Shown here one piece after another: positions 1 through 13,060 of a stretch of DNA of 64,000 nucleotides (the stretch's first letter is position 1; every line of letters begins with the position of its first letter). The stretch covers positions 113,460,001 through 113,524,000 of the forward strand of contig NC_058368.1 of assembly GCF_018350175.1 (NCBI RefSeq), written 5' to 3'. Source of the stretch: Felis catus (Eukaryota). The translations under genes and the position numbers were made by a program. The notes under the pieces are model-generated. The model saw nothing but the letters and a program-made list of their open reading frames with translations. It was not told the DNA's origin and did not search any database.

Positions 1-1470
1 CAGTCCTAATAAGATTACAGCCGATAATGAATCTGCTACAAAACTCTGGAACGATGTTAGGATTTTAATAAGCATCCCCCAAAGATCACTCAGTCAATTT
101 CACAAATGCCCATTCTCATCACTTAATTCTAAGGGGGGCGGGAGGCGGCTCCACCTAGCTGTTTCTAAATTAATAATGTGCTTCATTTCTGTTACGCCTC
201 AGAAACAAAGCCACTGTAACATTTCAAGCTGTTTTGGGAGAATTTTAATATTCTCCCTGCTGATATAAACAGAACCTTATTAACTAAGTCCCAGAGATGC
301 CACATTTGGGATGTAATCCAGGCCCCGGTGCCAACTGCAATGTTAACATTTGAAAATACCTCATGTGCACACTTCATTTGAACAAGTACAGCAACATAAG
401 CTTTTCCCCAGAAAAATGGAAAGGAAAAAAAAAGGTAACTCTGTATCCCCTTGAGAAAGGCCGCTTAATCCGGATTTGGACAAAGAATACAAGAAAATGG
501 GACACACTGTTCCTCTTTTTTTTTTTCCTCATCATTTTTCCTACCATCAGCTCTCCCTCAGCTCTCAAGGACCTGTGTTGTAAATACAGCCGGGTCCGTT
601 CCATGGAGGGGGGAATAAAAAGAGAAAACCCATGTGTCCCACATCCGGGCGGAAAGGGCATCACAGGAGGCCACGCCCCCCCTCAACCCAACTGAGGCCC
701 GGATGTGGCTCCCTGGCCCCGGGGTGCCCGCCCGCGGCTTCACCGTCTCCGCCCGAACACCCATCGACCAGGGTCACTCAAGGCTTCCGGGCACAATATG
801 CTGACAGTCATGTGAGCAGAATGTGGCTGTGTGTCACCGGATGCAAGCATTTCCAAGCAACCCTGATCCCGTTCTTATGACTCAGCCTCTAACGACAGCC
901 CAGACACTTGCAGCAGCGGCAAATCCGCATGACTTCCCATCGCAACACAGGAAAAGCGAGTCACAGAAGGCTGAAGAGGACAAGGAGACAGGAAGAAAGC
1001 AGCAGGGAGGGAAGGTACAGTTGTCTACTTGTACATCACCTGCACAAAGTACCTATCATGTGAATACACTGCAAACAGACGCTTAACTTTTAATGTTGTT
1101 CTTGTACTGGGAATTAAAGGGGAAACCAGACAGTGTCATGCAATGTGACAAACCAGAGACGCCAGACTCAAGCTCAGGACAAGCTTGGATTTGTCTCTAC
1201 TTGAGACCTGATTTAAAGCATCCTGAAAGGGGTGCAGACGAGAGTATACAGCCACAAATGCACATGACATATCAGTTTCCTGGTGTTTCCAGCATCTACA
1301 AATGCCTCCAGGAGAAGCAACGGGTAAAAACTGTGTGGAACAACACTGAGAGGCTTGATGTGAGTTCAAAAATAAATTCCTCCAATTGTAAATAAGTTAG
1401 ATGCTCACAGGCTGAGATGTCTCCTTCATGTGAGGAGCTCAGACTCCGCGAAGGAAAATAACAACAAAGC

Positions 1471-1602
1471 NNNNNNNNNNNNNNNNNNNNNNNNNNNNNN
1501 NNNNNNNNNNNNNNNNNNNNNNNNNNNNNNNNNNNNNNNNNNNNNNNNNNNNNNNNNNNNNNNNNNNNNNNNNNNNNNNNNNNNNNNNNNNNNNNNNNNN
1601 NN
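1471..1602. other. Assembly gap
   Basis: Run of N. Confidence 1.
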
Positions 1603-2769
1603 CGCTGGACAAGAGGTTTCAGAAAAGCAACGGCTGATCTTGCTTAAAGAACGTCATCCATATTCACGTCCTGAATGCACCCTAATCAACAAATCCAAGT
1701 GCTCAGCTAATTAAATGCTGATTGCTTGTTACACAAGGGTGAAAGTCAACCATCTTAGCCAAGGTTTGAGTTATTCTAAGAAGTGATGATAGTTAAGCTT
1801 TTTTGAGCCATTTTATGCCTAATGAGTACATTACTCTTAATGAAACTTCATTCAGGATAATGGATTACCTTGGTTTAACAAATAACTAACAGATGACTTT
1901 CTGGTTTTTTATTCCCCAAATCCTGTAACTGACACTGTAGACATGGCTGATAAACTTTGAGCACTTTTCTGTTCTTGACCAGTGACAGTCCAAAAAGGAT
2001 CCGGTGACCTCCCGCGTCACTGCTCAGTCTCGTGATGGAGGGCAAGCGGGGGCTAATCTGGGGCCAGAAATGACCGCTTCAGTATCACCCCCCATCCGGG
2101 ATGACAACATTTCCCAAAATCGAGGTGGTGAGGCGGACTGCACGAGACTTAGTCCCGAGGTAAAAAGGGCAACGAACAGATTGCAGGCCTGAGCATCTTC
2201 TCGTGTCGTCCCTAGGGAAGTCCCGGGAGCCGCTTCTAATTACTGATGCTCCGCGTATGATTTCCTTATCATTACTGCTATTTACCCTTTTTTCTTAGGA
2301 TGGCATTACCATGTTTACCTGAAAGGTAATGCATGCTTTAGCTAAAATGAGAAAATCATTCTCTCTTCTCTGATCCTTAAGAATTTTGCATACGATGCTG
2401 CTTAAGTGAATTTAAAGTATTTCACCAAGTCGTCAACAAAAATTATTCACTCTACCTGGCTCACAACTTTTTGATTTACAGGGTGCTTTCTCACTTGCAT
2501 GTGTAAACAAGAACCTACTCAGATCAGGAGCGATGTCATCCTTGCCTAACTGTCTCTCCTTCAAAAATTAATCAAGCTGACTGGAGAGACATAACGGGAA
2601 ATCCTTCTTAAGTAATGTGGATTAATGATGTGCTGCCACTTCCCACGGGAGGGAGGATGTCGACTTCTTCCAAAATACAGACCTCTGGCAACATGGGAAA
2701 TAACTCTGCCTACTGGGTAAGAGCTTAGGTTCTGGATGCTGACAAATCTGCATTCCGATCCCATACTAT

Positions 2770-2940
2770 GCGTTTGTTTGGTGGCCTTGGCTGGTCCGTT
2801 AACCCACCCAAGCCTTGGTTTGCCCCTCTGCAGAACGGAAATCATTACCCTCCACTGTTGGCCTGTGATAACGCACCAATTAACATGCCTACAAAGCCTT
2901 CAGCACTGGCTTGATAAATGTCAGGTGCTAACACTGTTAA
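2770..2940 (+). mobile_element. MIR remnant
   Basis: Degenerate MIR core (gtggccttgg...agccttggtttgcccctctgcagaacggaaatca). Confidence 0.55.
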
Positions 2941-3159
2941 TTTTATCTGCAATATCAGTGATGTCCAACCAGTGGCACGATGGTTTTGAAAACATCAGAG
3001 ATGTTTGTAAACCTGATGGAACAAGACCTACAGACCTTCAAGCATCCCCACACTATGTCTGGGAAAAAGCCCTAGCCTGCCAGAATGTCTTCTCAGAGAA
3101 GCGAGGCAGCAAACTGACAAAAGGAAATATATCGATTGGTTTCTAAGAGTCAACAACAG

Positions 3160-3950
3160 CCACCCCACACGTCATAGTCAAGGCAGCAATCTAGGGGCCA
3201 TCCGTGATTTTTTTTCACCTCTTTCTTTCATCTTTCAGTCCATCATTCTGTACCACAGCCTCTACTTTTAAAACCTATCCCAAATTCTCCCCTCTCCTCC
3301 GCCTGCACACCCAGCGCTCTGCCCTAGGCCCTCATCTGTCTGCTCACCTGTGAGGAGGCAATGAACCCTGTAACTAGTCTCCCACTTCTTACCTTCTGAC
3401 ACTCCCCGTCCCCCCACCCCCAAGTCCAGTCTCCATCCCACAGCCAGACTCTGCTTAACAACTTTTAATGGCTCCCTACCACCTTGGGAGTAAAGCCCAA
3501 ATCCCAAACAGGCCTCTGCCAACCCACATAAGCTCATCTGCCACCAATGTCCCTCCTCACTCAGCACATTCTCAGAGCACTGCCTCCATTCCTCAAACAC
3601 ACTCAGCCTGTTCCCACCCCTGGGCTCAGGCACAGGTTGCTTCCTCTGCATGACAGGTGCCTCCTTTGCCCTCTGCTTGGCGGGCTCCCTCCTTGCTGAC
3701 AAGACACAGCTGAAACATATCCTCCTAAGAAGTGACTCTCCCACGACTCCTAAGAAGATGATTTATTCCTGTCACAGTACCCCATTTCTTTTTTGACAAC
3801 AGTTTTCTCCATTTTAAGGCCGCTTGTACTTTTTTCCCTGGGTCTCTCCACCCTGCTGCTGGCTTCCCAGGAACCACGGGGGACATCTACACTTAGCACA
3901 GACCTGGGCACACAGCAGTAACTGGGTCCAACAGGAATGACTCGAGGGTT
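3160..3950 (+). mobile_element. LINE-2 3' fragment
   Basis: Pyrimidine-rich L2-like body ending in ttagcacagacctgggcacacagcag...gaatga, which resembles the L2 3' terminus. Confidence 0.7.
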
Positions 3951-5369
3951 AGGCATGGGCAAAGTGAGGTTTGGGCTTTATTCTGCATGGCCGCAGGGTG
4001 AAGAGAAAACCCACGTGAGATGAAGCTGTGTGGTAGCCGACACATCTCAGGGAAAGGAAGGCACCCTTGTCTCAGAAGAGCCACCTGCCTTGTGGGCAGA
4101 GGAGTGAGGTCCCCATCCTGGAGAGTGCTCAAAAGCAGGGTCTAGTCAACAGTCTCAAGGAAACATCTGACTGGACTGCATGACCTGGCAGGGGGCTTTC
4201 GCCTCCAGGATTCCATGAAATGTAAGAGTCCAGCCCTTGGCAGTGATGAACCACCCATCCGGGGCAGGGGCGGGTGGGAAAGGAGGCGGCTGGACGCGCA
4301 CATAGTTTCCGGACCCTGGTTTTAGAGAAGAGGCGCAATCAAGTCACAGCCACTGTTGAAGGCCAAACGACACTCCTTACGTGCTCGCCAGACACAGAGC
4401 ACCACCCTGTGCCCAGCCAGCCCCGCTTATCTCTGGAAAGAGACATACGGAAAGAAAAGGGGAAAAAATCACAGCTGAATAATCTCTGCAGAATGCTCAA
4501 TTCTCACTTATCCAGTCTTTCCCAGAGCCCCACGAGATGGATACCGTCAGCCCCATCAACAGATGGAAGAGAACACCAAGATGCCAAGAGAGGTTAATAC
4601 ACGGTGTCCAGGGTCAAATATGCTACAAGTAAAGCCAGGATGAGGACCCAGATAGGCAGACACCTAACCCGGCCACTATCCTGCAGCGTGCCACCTGGAG
4701 AGACAAAATGCAGTATGTACCATCCTTTTCGGTTCCTCTAGAAGAACCATTGGTGGCATTCAAGAACCCACTCAACATCCCTGCTAAGGCCGCCAGATGG
4801 AGAAGGATTCCAAGAAGCGAGTAAGACCCCTAAGTCAGAGTACGTTGAAGGTTAGGTGCAGGAAAGGGGCTCCCGAGGATGCAAACACAAAGCCACAGAA
4901 CGCCCTGAGAGACCTGGTCCAGCCCCGGAAGCTTCAGGCACCAGGGCTGCACCAGCCCCCCAGAGGGCCCACAGGGAGTTCACCTGTGCATCCCCACAAG
5001 GGATTCCAAACTGCATGCGCCTGCCGGACAGACTAGGAGACCTGTGTGAGTCTCTACTCCATAGAAATGCCAAACAGGGGGAAATGATTTAGGAGAGTAC
5101 ATGGAGGGGTCGGTTAAACCCAAGGAGGGCTCAGTTGAATTCTTAGCCCTACTATTTACCAGCTGGGGCACATGAGGCAAGTGACTTGCCCTTCTGGGTC
5201 TGTTTCCTTACCTGTGTTACCCAACTGCTTCTTAAGCTGTTAGCATATCTAAGTTAACAGATATACTGAGGAATTGCTAATATAATCCTACAAGTTAAAA
5301 TGGCTTGTACTATGTTACAACCAGTGTAATGAAAATAAGCGGGAGAGACTTCATATAAATATCATCCTA

Positions 5370-5610
5370 GTTGACATTTATCAAGGATTAACTACATGCC
5401 AAGCAACATCGTACGGAATATCCTTGGGTTGTTGTATTTAATTCTCAAATGCCCCATAAAGATAGGACAATTAGCCCTATTTCACACGTGAGGAAACTGA
5501 GAACAAGAAATTTAAGAACTCTGCCGAGGGACACCATGCCTCGTAAGTGTCAGAGACCAGATATGAAGCCGGTGAGGGGACTGCAGAGGCCATATGCTGA
5601 ACCACAACCA
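5370..5610 (-). mobile_element. MIR remnant
   Basis: attagccctatttcacacgtgaggaaactgaga matches the reverse MIR core. Confidence 0.65.
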
Positions 5611-6461
5611 TATCAGCCTATCAGGAACATGAGAATACGGCACGTTGTCCCTCAACATACACATTTTCACAAGCATCGTCCTCTGTCCTGAGTGACAAGA
5701 TCTCCTCAGATTCCATCTGCTGTCGTCCCTTCCGTGCCTGTCACAGGCCAGCACTGCTGTCCTTCTGCCTGGCTGATGGCATCCCACACTCCCCGTGAAT
5801 GGTCTCTGCAGGCCTGGGACAGGCTTCCTCGCAGAGAGCCTTTCCAGTGGGGGCTTTTCTAAACTGGAATATGAACACCGGCTCCAGCATCCTCTTGATT
5901 TACTGTGAAGTATAAGGGATGTGAATAAGTGATTTTACAGGCGCACATGTATTTCCTTCATGGTTTTTTCAGCCAAACTTCTTTAACTGTCAGGAAGGAG
6001 GGACAGACTTCAGCTGGGTTTACACGGGCTTTGCCTGCAGATCACAGCCAGTCACCTGGGTTCCTACTGGCCCAGGGTCAGGTTGTCAGGGGAGGCATAA
6101 CCAGGGCGCAGGATGGCAACACGCAGCAGGAACAGGGGACGGGAGGTGGCAGGTAACCTGGCTGTGACTCGGGGCAGAGGAAAGGGGTCAGGCGTGAATA
6201 CTTACTGCATATAAGAGCAGCGCTGGGCCCTGTGCTAGATGCTTCCTGGGGTTGTCTGGGGACGAAATCAGGTGACACACCTGAAGGGCTCAGCCCCAGG
6301 CCTGCTCTGCACATGCTTCATAAATGATGTGTGTGGTTGCTGTGATTTACTACTGTAATTATTAATTTGGGCTCTGATTACACTTGATAAATATGAAGTC
6401 CTACAATGGTTTAAAATCAGAGCACACACAGCTTATTCATTTAACCTTAAAAAATAATTTC

Positions 6462-6630
6462 AGGACGCCTGGGTTGCTCAGTTAACCATCCAACTCTTGA
6501 TTCCAGGTCAGGTCAGGATCTCACGGTTCATGAGAGCGAGCCCCACACTGGGCTCTGCACTGACAGTTACAGAGCTTGCTTGGGATTCTCTCTCTCCCTC
6601 TCTCTCTCTCTGCCCCTTCTCTGCTTGCTT

Positions 6631-6667
<37 letters not shown>

Positions 6668-6694
6668 ATAAATAAGTAAACATTTTTTAAAAAA
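6462..6694 (+). mobile_element. Carnivore SINE (SINEC, older feliform type)
   Basis: tRNA-like head (gcctgggttgctcag), (CT)n tract, aataaa and A-rich tail. Confidence 0.92.
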
Positions 6695-8540
6695 GGAATC
6701 TCATCCTCAAATGTCTCTGAAAGACATCTGAAAGGATCTAAATATACCATCTCTGCACCTCTGATCAAAACCCCATCCTCTCCCAGTGATTCCTCTCTCC
6801 AAAGCAGGGCTGGGCTCATTTATGTGCACGCCCCCCAAATCCCTCCTTCACTCCCAATCTCAATGTCTCTATTTCTTTGCCCCTAATTATCCTGAGAGGC
6901 TTAGCCTCTCTTCCAACCAGAAAAACACATCCCCCCTATGTACAAAGAAGGCAGGGGAGAGAAAATGGGGTCAACAGTTACAGGTCTCTCTTCATTCAGT
7001 AGCTGGAAGAGCAGGGACCTCTGGGGACATGGCCCTATTAATGATTTTGTCCTGTCCTAGGACAATGAATGTGACAACCGTGTCATCTGGGGATACTGCG
7101 TCCATTTTTAGAAGATGCAGGGATGAAGTTTACGAGGGATGTAGACCACCTGCATGCCACACACTGAAAGGTGGAAGTGACTCCATTCTGCCTAACAGAA
7201 CGGTGCCATCCACAGTGCCTTTTCTGGATGTGAAATCAAACCACACAGAATCCCGCCGCTGGAGTTAGGGAAGGAACAGGGATGTGGAGGTCGCTCTTCC
7301 AGAGTGTGAGGCCCAGCCTCACTCCTCCCTGACGGGAATTATGGTCAGTCCACTAGTTTCCTGATGCCTTTCCCCTCTGTTCCCTCCTTCACAAACCTGG
7401 GGTGGTGATACTGGTCTCATAGGGTTGTTGTGAGACTCCAAAGAGCACACTCAATAAAGGATATCTCCTCCCTTCAACCTGATGAGCCAGCTTTAAAAAA
7501 GTATCTATACATAATGGTCTCCCCAACGGGGAAACAATTTTCTCTCCCGTTCACTGTCAAATCCCACACCATGGTAAGAATTACTTGAAAAGAGTGTTTA
7601 CTATTTCCTATTTCCAAAATATATTTTCCATTAGGTAATTCAAAGCTATTAAGGCTGCCAAAGCCCTAAATAACCAGGCCACATCAGAGCCTGCACTGCA
7701 TGACCCACACACTACAAATGAATTGCTTCTAAAAGTAAGGAGATACGGAGGTACTTTGATTTTGCTTCGATATGACTCAAACTGATAGAAACGCTGTAAA
7801 TATCCCTCCCAAAGTTGGAAGCAGACAACATCACCATCGGCAGCAAATGTGAAACCATTTTCATGATAATTTGTTGAGCCCAGAACCACAAGACTGGCTT
7901 GTGTGACTGATGAGAAAGCACCGGGCTTGACTGAATCAGACTAACCACATATTTTTGGACTGTACTCTGATTTTATTATGGGCCCCCCCGAGAGTTCAAT
8001 CCCAGTGTCAGTCATCAGACACAAAAGAAGAACCCAGCCTTTCAGCTTGACAATGTCCAGGAAAGTGAAAAATTGATTCATGTAGTCAACGAGCATACAA
8101 TTACTGGGATCGAGTTTAAAAAGATGCATATGATACACTCTGTACACAAATACAAAACCACAAGAAATGCGGGGAAATATGAACTCTTCCAAACACTAAA
8201 TGCAATAAATCCATACTTTATGTTCTTGGCCATTAAGACTCAAGCACTTTTAGTGATTTCAATGTTCCACTGTAGCCTTTTCAAACCTGTGTATTTGCCA
8301 ACACAACTAGATTTGATATTGATTTTTTGTCACAAAGCCAGAAAGTGAATGAGCTGGGAACCAAATCTACGATCCAGGGTAGCCGGTTTTGCTCCGTGCA
8401 TTTCCAATGCCATAGAATTTGAGGGTGACACATCCACCCTGTTGTACATGGGACAATCCAGCAAAGGGATGGGAGATGGCAGGTGTATATTATCTGTTAA
8501 GTGGGTTTCAAATTTATTCCATGTTCTATACAACTCCCTT

Positions 8541-8547
<7 letters not shown>

Positions 8548-8590
<43 letters not shown>
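8548..8590. repeat. (CA)n microsatellite
   Basis: About 21 perfect CA units. Confidence 0.98.
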
Positions 8591-8594
<4 letters not shown>

Positions 8595-9509
8595 AAAGCA
8601 AAGGAGCCAAGTTTTATATGGCTTTACCTCAAAGAAACACTGACAATGGCCTATCTGAAGAAATCGTCCCCAGTCTTCTTGTTACTTCCAAGGCTAGAGC
8701 TGAGGCAACTATCTAACTACAGGACTCATGCAGCATTATCACATCTTAGTCTTTGGAAAGTTAAGAATAAACCTGTTGCACGTATTTCTGAAATGCTCTC
8801 AAATAATCAGCTTTATTTAAGCGTCATGTCATTCTATTCTTGAGAGCCCCCCAGCAGCCCTGCTGATGGTCTGAGGGAGGTACAGGACAGAACTGGGAAT
8901 CTGAGACACATCTGCAATACAGGTTGGGCACCAGTGTGGGAAGAGGGGAGGTCAAGTAAGCCCTTTTGCCAGCAGGTCATCACTGAGCATCCCAGAGATT
9001 TCCTATCCTAGAGGAGTCAACCACGAGCTAAGGCATGCAGGAGCAGGGAGGGTTTGCTCAGGGTTCCATGTTACAGCTTTCATCTCCTGACTGCCTCATC
9101 TGTACTCGCCCAGTACCATTTTAGGTCAGTTAAGAGAGAGAGGTAGCTAGATCCAGAACTGCCAATGAGTTCGGCCTGCATAGTGTGACAGGAACATGGG
9201 CTCAGTTCTACATTCTACTTCCCCCAGTACTCTGTCCACAAGCCAACTGGTTATGATTCTCACCAGTGAGCCAAAGCCCTGTGTAAGGGCAGTTCTCCTC
9301 ACACCAGAACATCAGCCGCAGGGACATGAGCTCGGCTTAGTCCTGTGCACACCGGATGCCCCCAGGGAAAGCAGACCTAGCATGACCACTCCGGAAGAGA
9401 CCTCCTGAGACCCAGCTCTGCGCTATTTCTTCAAAGATGAGGAAAGTGAGGCCCACAGAAGTAAGGGACTGTCACCCCACACTGGACCTCCCATTATGGA
9501 GGGTCACAT

Positions 9510-9760
9510 TTCAGCATAATAGTTAAGAGCAAGGTCTTCAAAGTTAAACCCGTCTCTGAAGTCCACCTCAGCTACCCCCTAGCTGTGTAACCTTGATCAC
9601 GTCTTTCAGCACCTGAGATTGAGTCCCACAAATGTGAGCGTGGGGACTAACGGTGCTCACCTCACTACGGGTGTTGCTAAGAATCAAAGATAGTTGACAG
9701 GAAGGGCATGCTGCCTGGCATGGAGGAAGTATGCAATACGCTGTAGCAAACATAATGATG
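9510..9760 (+). mobile_element. MIR remnant
   Basis: cagcataatagttaagagc...ctagctgtgtaaccttg...catgctgcctggcat. Confidence 0.6.
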
Positions 9761-11101
9761 ATGATGTAATTTTATCCTCTCGGACAATAATCCTTTCACA
9801 ATTTTCTTCAATGCAACCACTATATACTGAACATACTCTGGGCCATGCACCGCGTGGACTCAGCAATGAGGAGCAGGCAGCAGGCTCTGTCATCAACCTT
9901 GGACTCAATGGCTTGCATGGTGCCTCGTTAACAATCTCATCTTGGTCACATAAGGGCACCATGCGGCTACCTGTTTGATCTATGACTGACAACAAAGCCC
10001 TGGGCCAGGAGCGAGGAGTCTTAGCCCTTTTGGACTGCATTTCCAGCACTTCCTAAACTCTTATCTTGTGTGTTGCCAGTTCTGCTTCCCCAGGATCCGA
10101 GATTCCTTGCAGTGGACAAAGTCAGAGGCTTCGCCTCTTGCACATGGGTAACAGTTCCGGGTGGTGGTTGGACCAAGGATTCTACACTGTCTATTGAAGG
10201 AAGAAAAGGGGAGGGGAGGGAGGCATCCACAGCCCAGGGCTCTGCCTCGGGCCTTCCAGACACTAGATGCTGCCATCTGGGAGGTGAGCGCTGAGATGGG
10301 TCAAGGAGAGGTCAGGCAATGAACCCTGGTTTCAGTGCACTGCAGCAGCCTCTCCCCCTCACGGGGGTCCTCTCAGGAAGGCAAGAGCCAGCTAATGCAA
10401 CAGCTAGACAGCATAAAAGGTGCTAGTCGGAGTCACAAAGTCATGGGTTTCATTCTTGATGAGGGAAGAGGCGCAAAGTCCAAAATCACAAGCATTGTTG
10501 TCAGAATGATAACTTGTTAGGGCCTATTTGTTTTATTATTATTATTTTTTTAATTTAAATCCAAGTCAGTTAACATATAATGTAATAATTTCAGGGATAG
10601 AATTTAGTGGATTCATCACTTCCATATAACACCCAGTGCCCATCCCAACAAATACTCCTTAATGCCCCTCACCCCTCTAGCCCATCTCCCCACCCAACAC
10701 CCCACCAGCAACCTTGAGTTTGTTCTCTGTATTTAAAAGTCTCTTATGGTTTGCCTCCCTCTTTGTTTTTTTTCTTATTTTTCCTTCCCTTCCCTTATTT
10801 CATCTCAAATTCCACATATGAGTGAAATCCTATGTCAGTGATTTCAATAACCAATGCTATAAACATTGGGGTGCATGTGTCCCTTCAAATCAGCACTCCT
10901 GTATCCTTTGGATAAATACCTAGTAGTGTAATTGCTGGGTCGTAGGGTCGTTCTATCTTTAATATTTTGAGAAGACTTCATATTGTTCTCCAGAGTGGCT
11001 GCACCAGTTTGCATTCCCACCAGCAGTGCAAAAGGGTTCCTCTTTCTCTGCATCCTCGCCAACATCTCTCATTTCCTGAGTTGTTAATTTTTAGCATTGT
11101 G

Positions 11102-11254
11102 NNNNNNNNNNNNNNNNNNNNNNNNNNNNNNNNNNNNNNNNNNNNNNNNNNNNNNNNNNNNNNNNNNNNNNNNNNNNNNNNNNNNNNNNNNNNNNNNNNN
11201 NNNNNNNNNNNNNNNNNNNNNNNNNNNNNNNNNNNNNNNNNNNNNNNNNNNNNN
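11102..11254. other. Assembly gap
   Basis: Run of N. Confidence 1.
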
Positions 11255-11410
11255 ATTTCTTCTTTGGGTATTGAGTTTGATAATTTCTTTACAGATTTTG
11301 TATACTAACCCTTTATCTGATTTCTCGTTTGCAAATACCTTCTCCTATTCTGTCAGCTGCCTTTTAGTTTTGCTGACTGTTTCCTTCCCTGTGCAGAAGA
11401 TTTTTATCTT

Positions 11411-11863
11411 CTTTAAACAATTTTTGTAGTGGGGCACCTGGGTGGCTCAGTCGGTTAAGCGTCCGACTTCGGCTCAGGTCATGATCTCATGGTCCGTGAG
11501 TTCGAGCCCCGCGTCGGGCTCTGTGCTGACAGCTCAGAGCCTGGAGCCTGTTTCGGATTCTGTGTCTCCCTCTCTCTCTGACCCTCCCCCGTTCATGCTC
11601 TGCCTCTCTCTGTCTCAAAAATAAATAAACGTTAAAAAAATTTTTTTTTAATTTTTGTAGCATTTATTCCATTTTGAAAGACGAGGAGAGACAGAGCATG
11701 AGCAGAGGTGGGGCAGAGAGAGAGGGAGACATAGGATCCCAAGCAGGCTCCAGACTCCGAGCTGTCAGCACAGAGCCTGACATGGGGCTCAAACTCACAG
11801 ACTTAGAGATCATGACCTGATCTGAAGTTGGACGCTTAACCAACTGAGCCACCCAGGTGCCCC
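11411..11863 (-). mobile_element. SINEC_Fc whose tail is interrupted by the plus-strand SINE
   Basis: Reverse head ends at 11863; TSD agatttttatctt at 11398-11410 and 11864-11876. Confidence 0.95.
11431..11649 (+). mobile_element. SINEC_Fc, full length
   Basis: Canonical head ggggcacctgggtggctcagtcggttaagcg; TSD aatttttgtag at 11419-11429 and 11650-11660. Confidence 0.97.
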
Positions 11864-12849
11864 AGATTTTTATCTTGATGAGGTCCCAATAGTTCATTTA
11901 GCACCTGCTATTTGGACCGCATGTGTTAATTATGACTGTCCCCATTTTACTCAGAGGATGGTGAGGCTTAGCCAGGATGGGTAACATGAGGACACACAAC
12001 AAGTTGCAGACACAGGCTTCACACACAGGCAGCCTCAGAGATTCTCCGCACAACTACGGTGACATTGGCTATACCAAGGGTTTGTATTCATAGACTATGA
12101 GCTACACTCTGCATGAAGCAATTACATTCTCTCATTTCATCTGCACCAAACCTCTATCAAGTAAGTGCTATTTCTAATTTTGCCTAAGAGGAAACTAATG
12201 TGCAAGTCATGTCACACAAGTGGCTGGCAAGGCTAGGGTCTGGCTCTGAGTTCCCAGGCACCATGCAATAGAGAGGACCAGATTAGGAAATGAGCAAACT
12301 TGGTTCAAGTCCCACCTTCACCTGTCTTGGACCACGTGCTCTCAGCTAAGTCAGTAACACTGAGGGGTCCCTGGTTCCCCATCTGTGACATGGGGCAACT
12401 GTGCCTGCTTCCTGGAGTTCCAGCAAGGCTCCAATAGAAGGGTGCGACACACATCTGAAGGGGGGGATGTTTACTGCAATGATGGTGACCTCTCTCTCCA
12501 TCTGGGGTGTTTCTGGATGCAACAGGGTCAGACCAAACCTTGTTTTGGTGCTATCGTTTTAACTTCCCCTATTCTCAAAGCAATAACAGTATCAACAGGA
12601 TATTGGGGGTGAGGGGGAAGCCATGTGTTTAATATACATCTACTCACTCATGGCAGCATTCATTTTATACCAACACTAGGAGACTCAGACCAGGAAGACT
12701 GTTTGCTACCAAAGCTCTTTTGTAAAAGCAAGGGCCTTTGTCACCATATGCACATATTCCCCAGTACTTAGCAAATCACCTAGCCCAGGGTCAACTGTAT
12801 ATAATACGGACACAAGTATTTCTAAATGAGAGTAAATAGTTAAAAAATT

Positions 12850-13060
12850 ACTATTATTTAGTGCTATGAACCAGGTATTGTGTTATCCTCACCTCTTACA
12901 ACTATGAAAGAAAGATCAGTTTTACTCCTATTTTACAAGTGAGAAAATGGAAGCTCAGAGAGGAGAAGTTGGCCAAGGTCCCAGAGCTGGTAACTGGTAA
13001 AGCCCGAATTCCAACTCAAGTCTGTGCGAATGTAACCCAAGGCCCCTCCACAACACTGCC
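12850..13060 (-). mobile_element. MIR remnant
   Basis: cctattttacaagtgagaaaatggaagctcagagagg...ccaaggtcccagagctgg. Confidence 0.7.

Larger units (their letters stand above)
10530..11899 (-). mobile_element. Carnivore L1 3' fragment (3'UTR and end of ORF2), interrupted by a gap and two SINEs
   Basis: T-rich tail at about 10530; reverse L1 3'UTR; minus-strand ORF2 C-terminal-like residues ([15 protein letters not shown]). Confidence 0.92.

Noticed and set aside
10269-10286. CTCF-like motif (minus strand CTCCCAGATGGCAGCA); a similar one lies near 4690
   Set aside because: Mismatches in the 5' core; expected by chance in 64 kb without ChIP evidence.
11431-11510. tRNA-like A/B boxes at SINE heads
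   Set aside because: tRNA-derived SINE heads, not tRNA genes.
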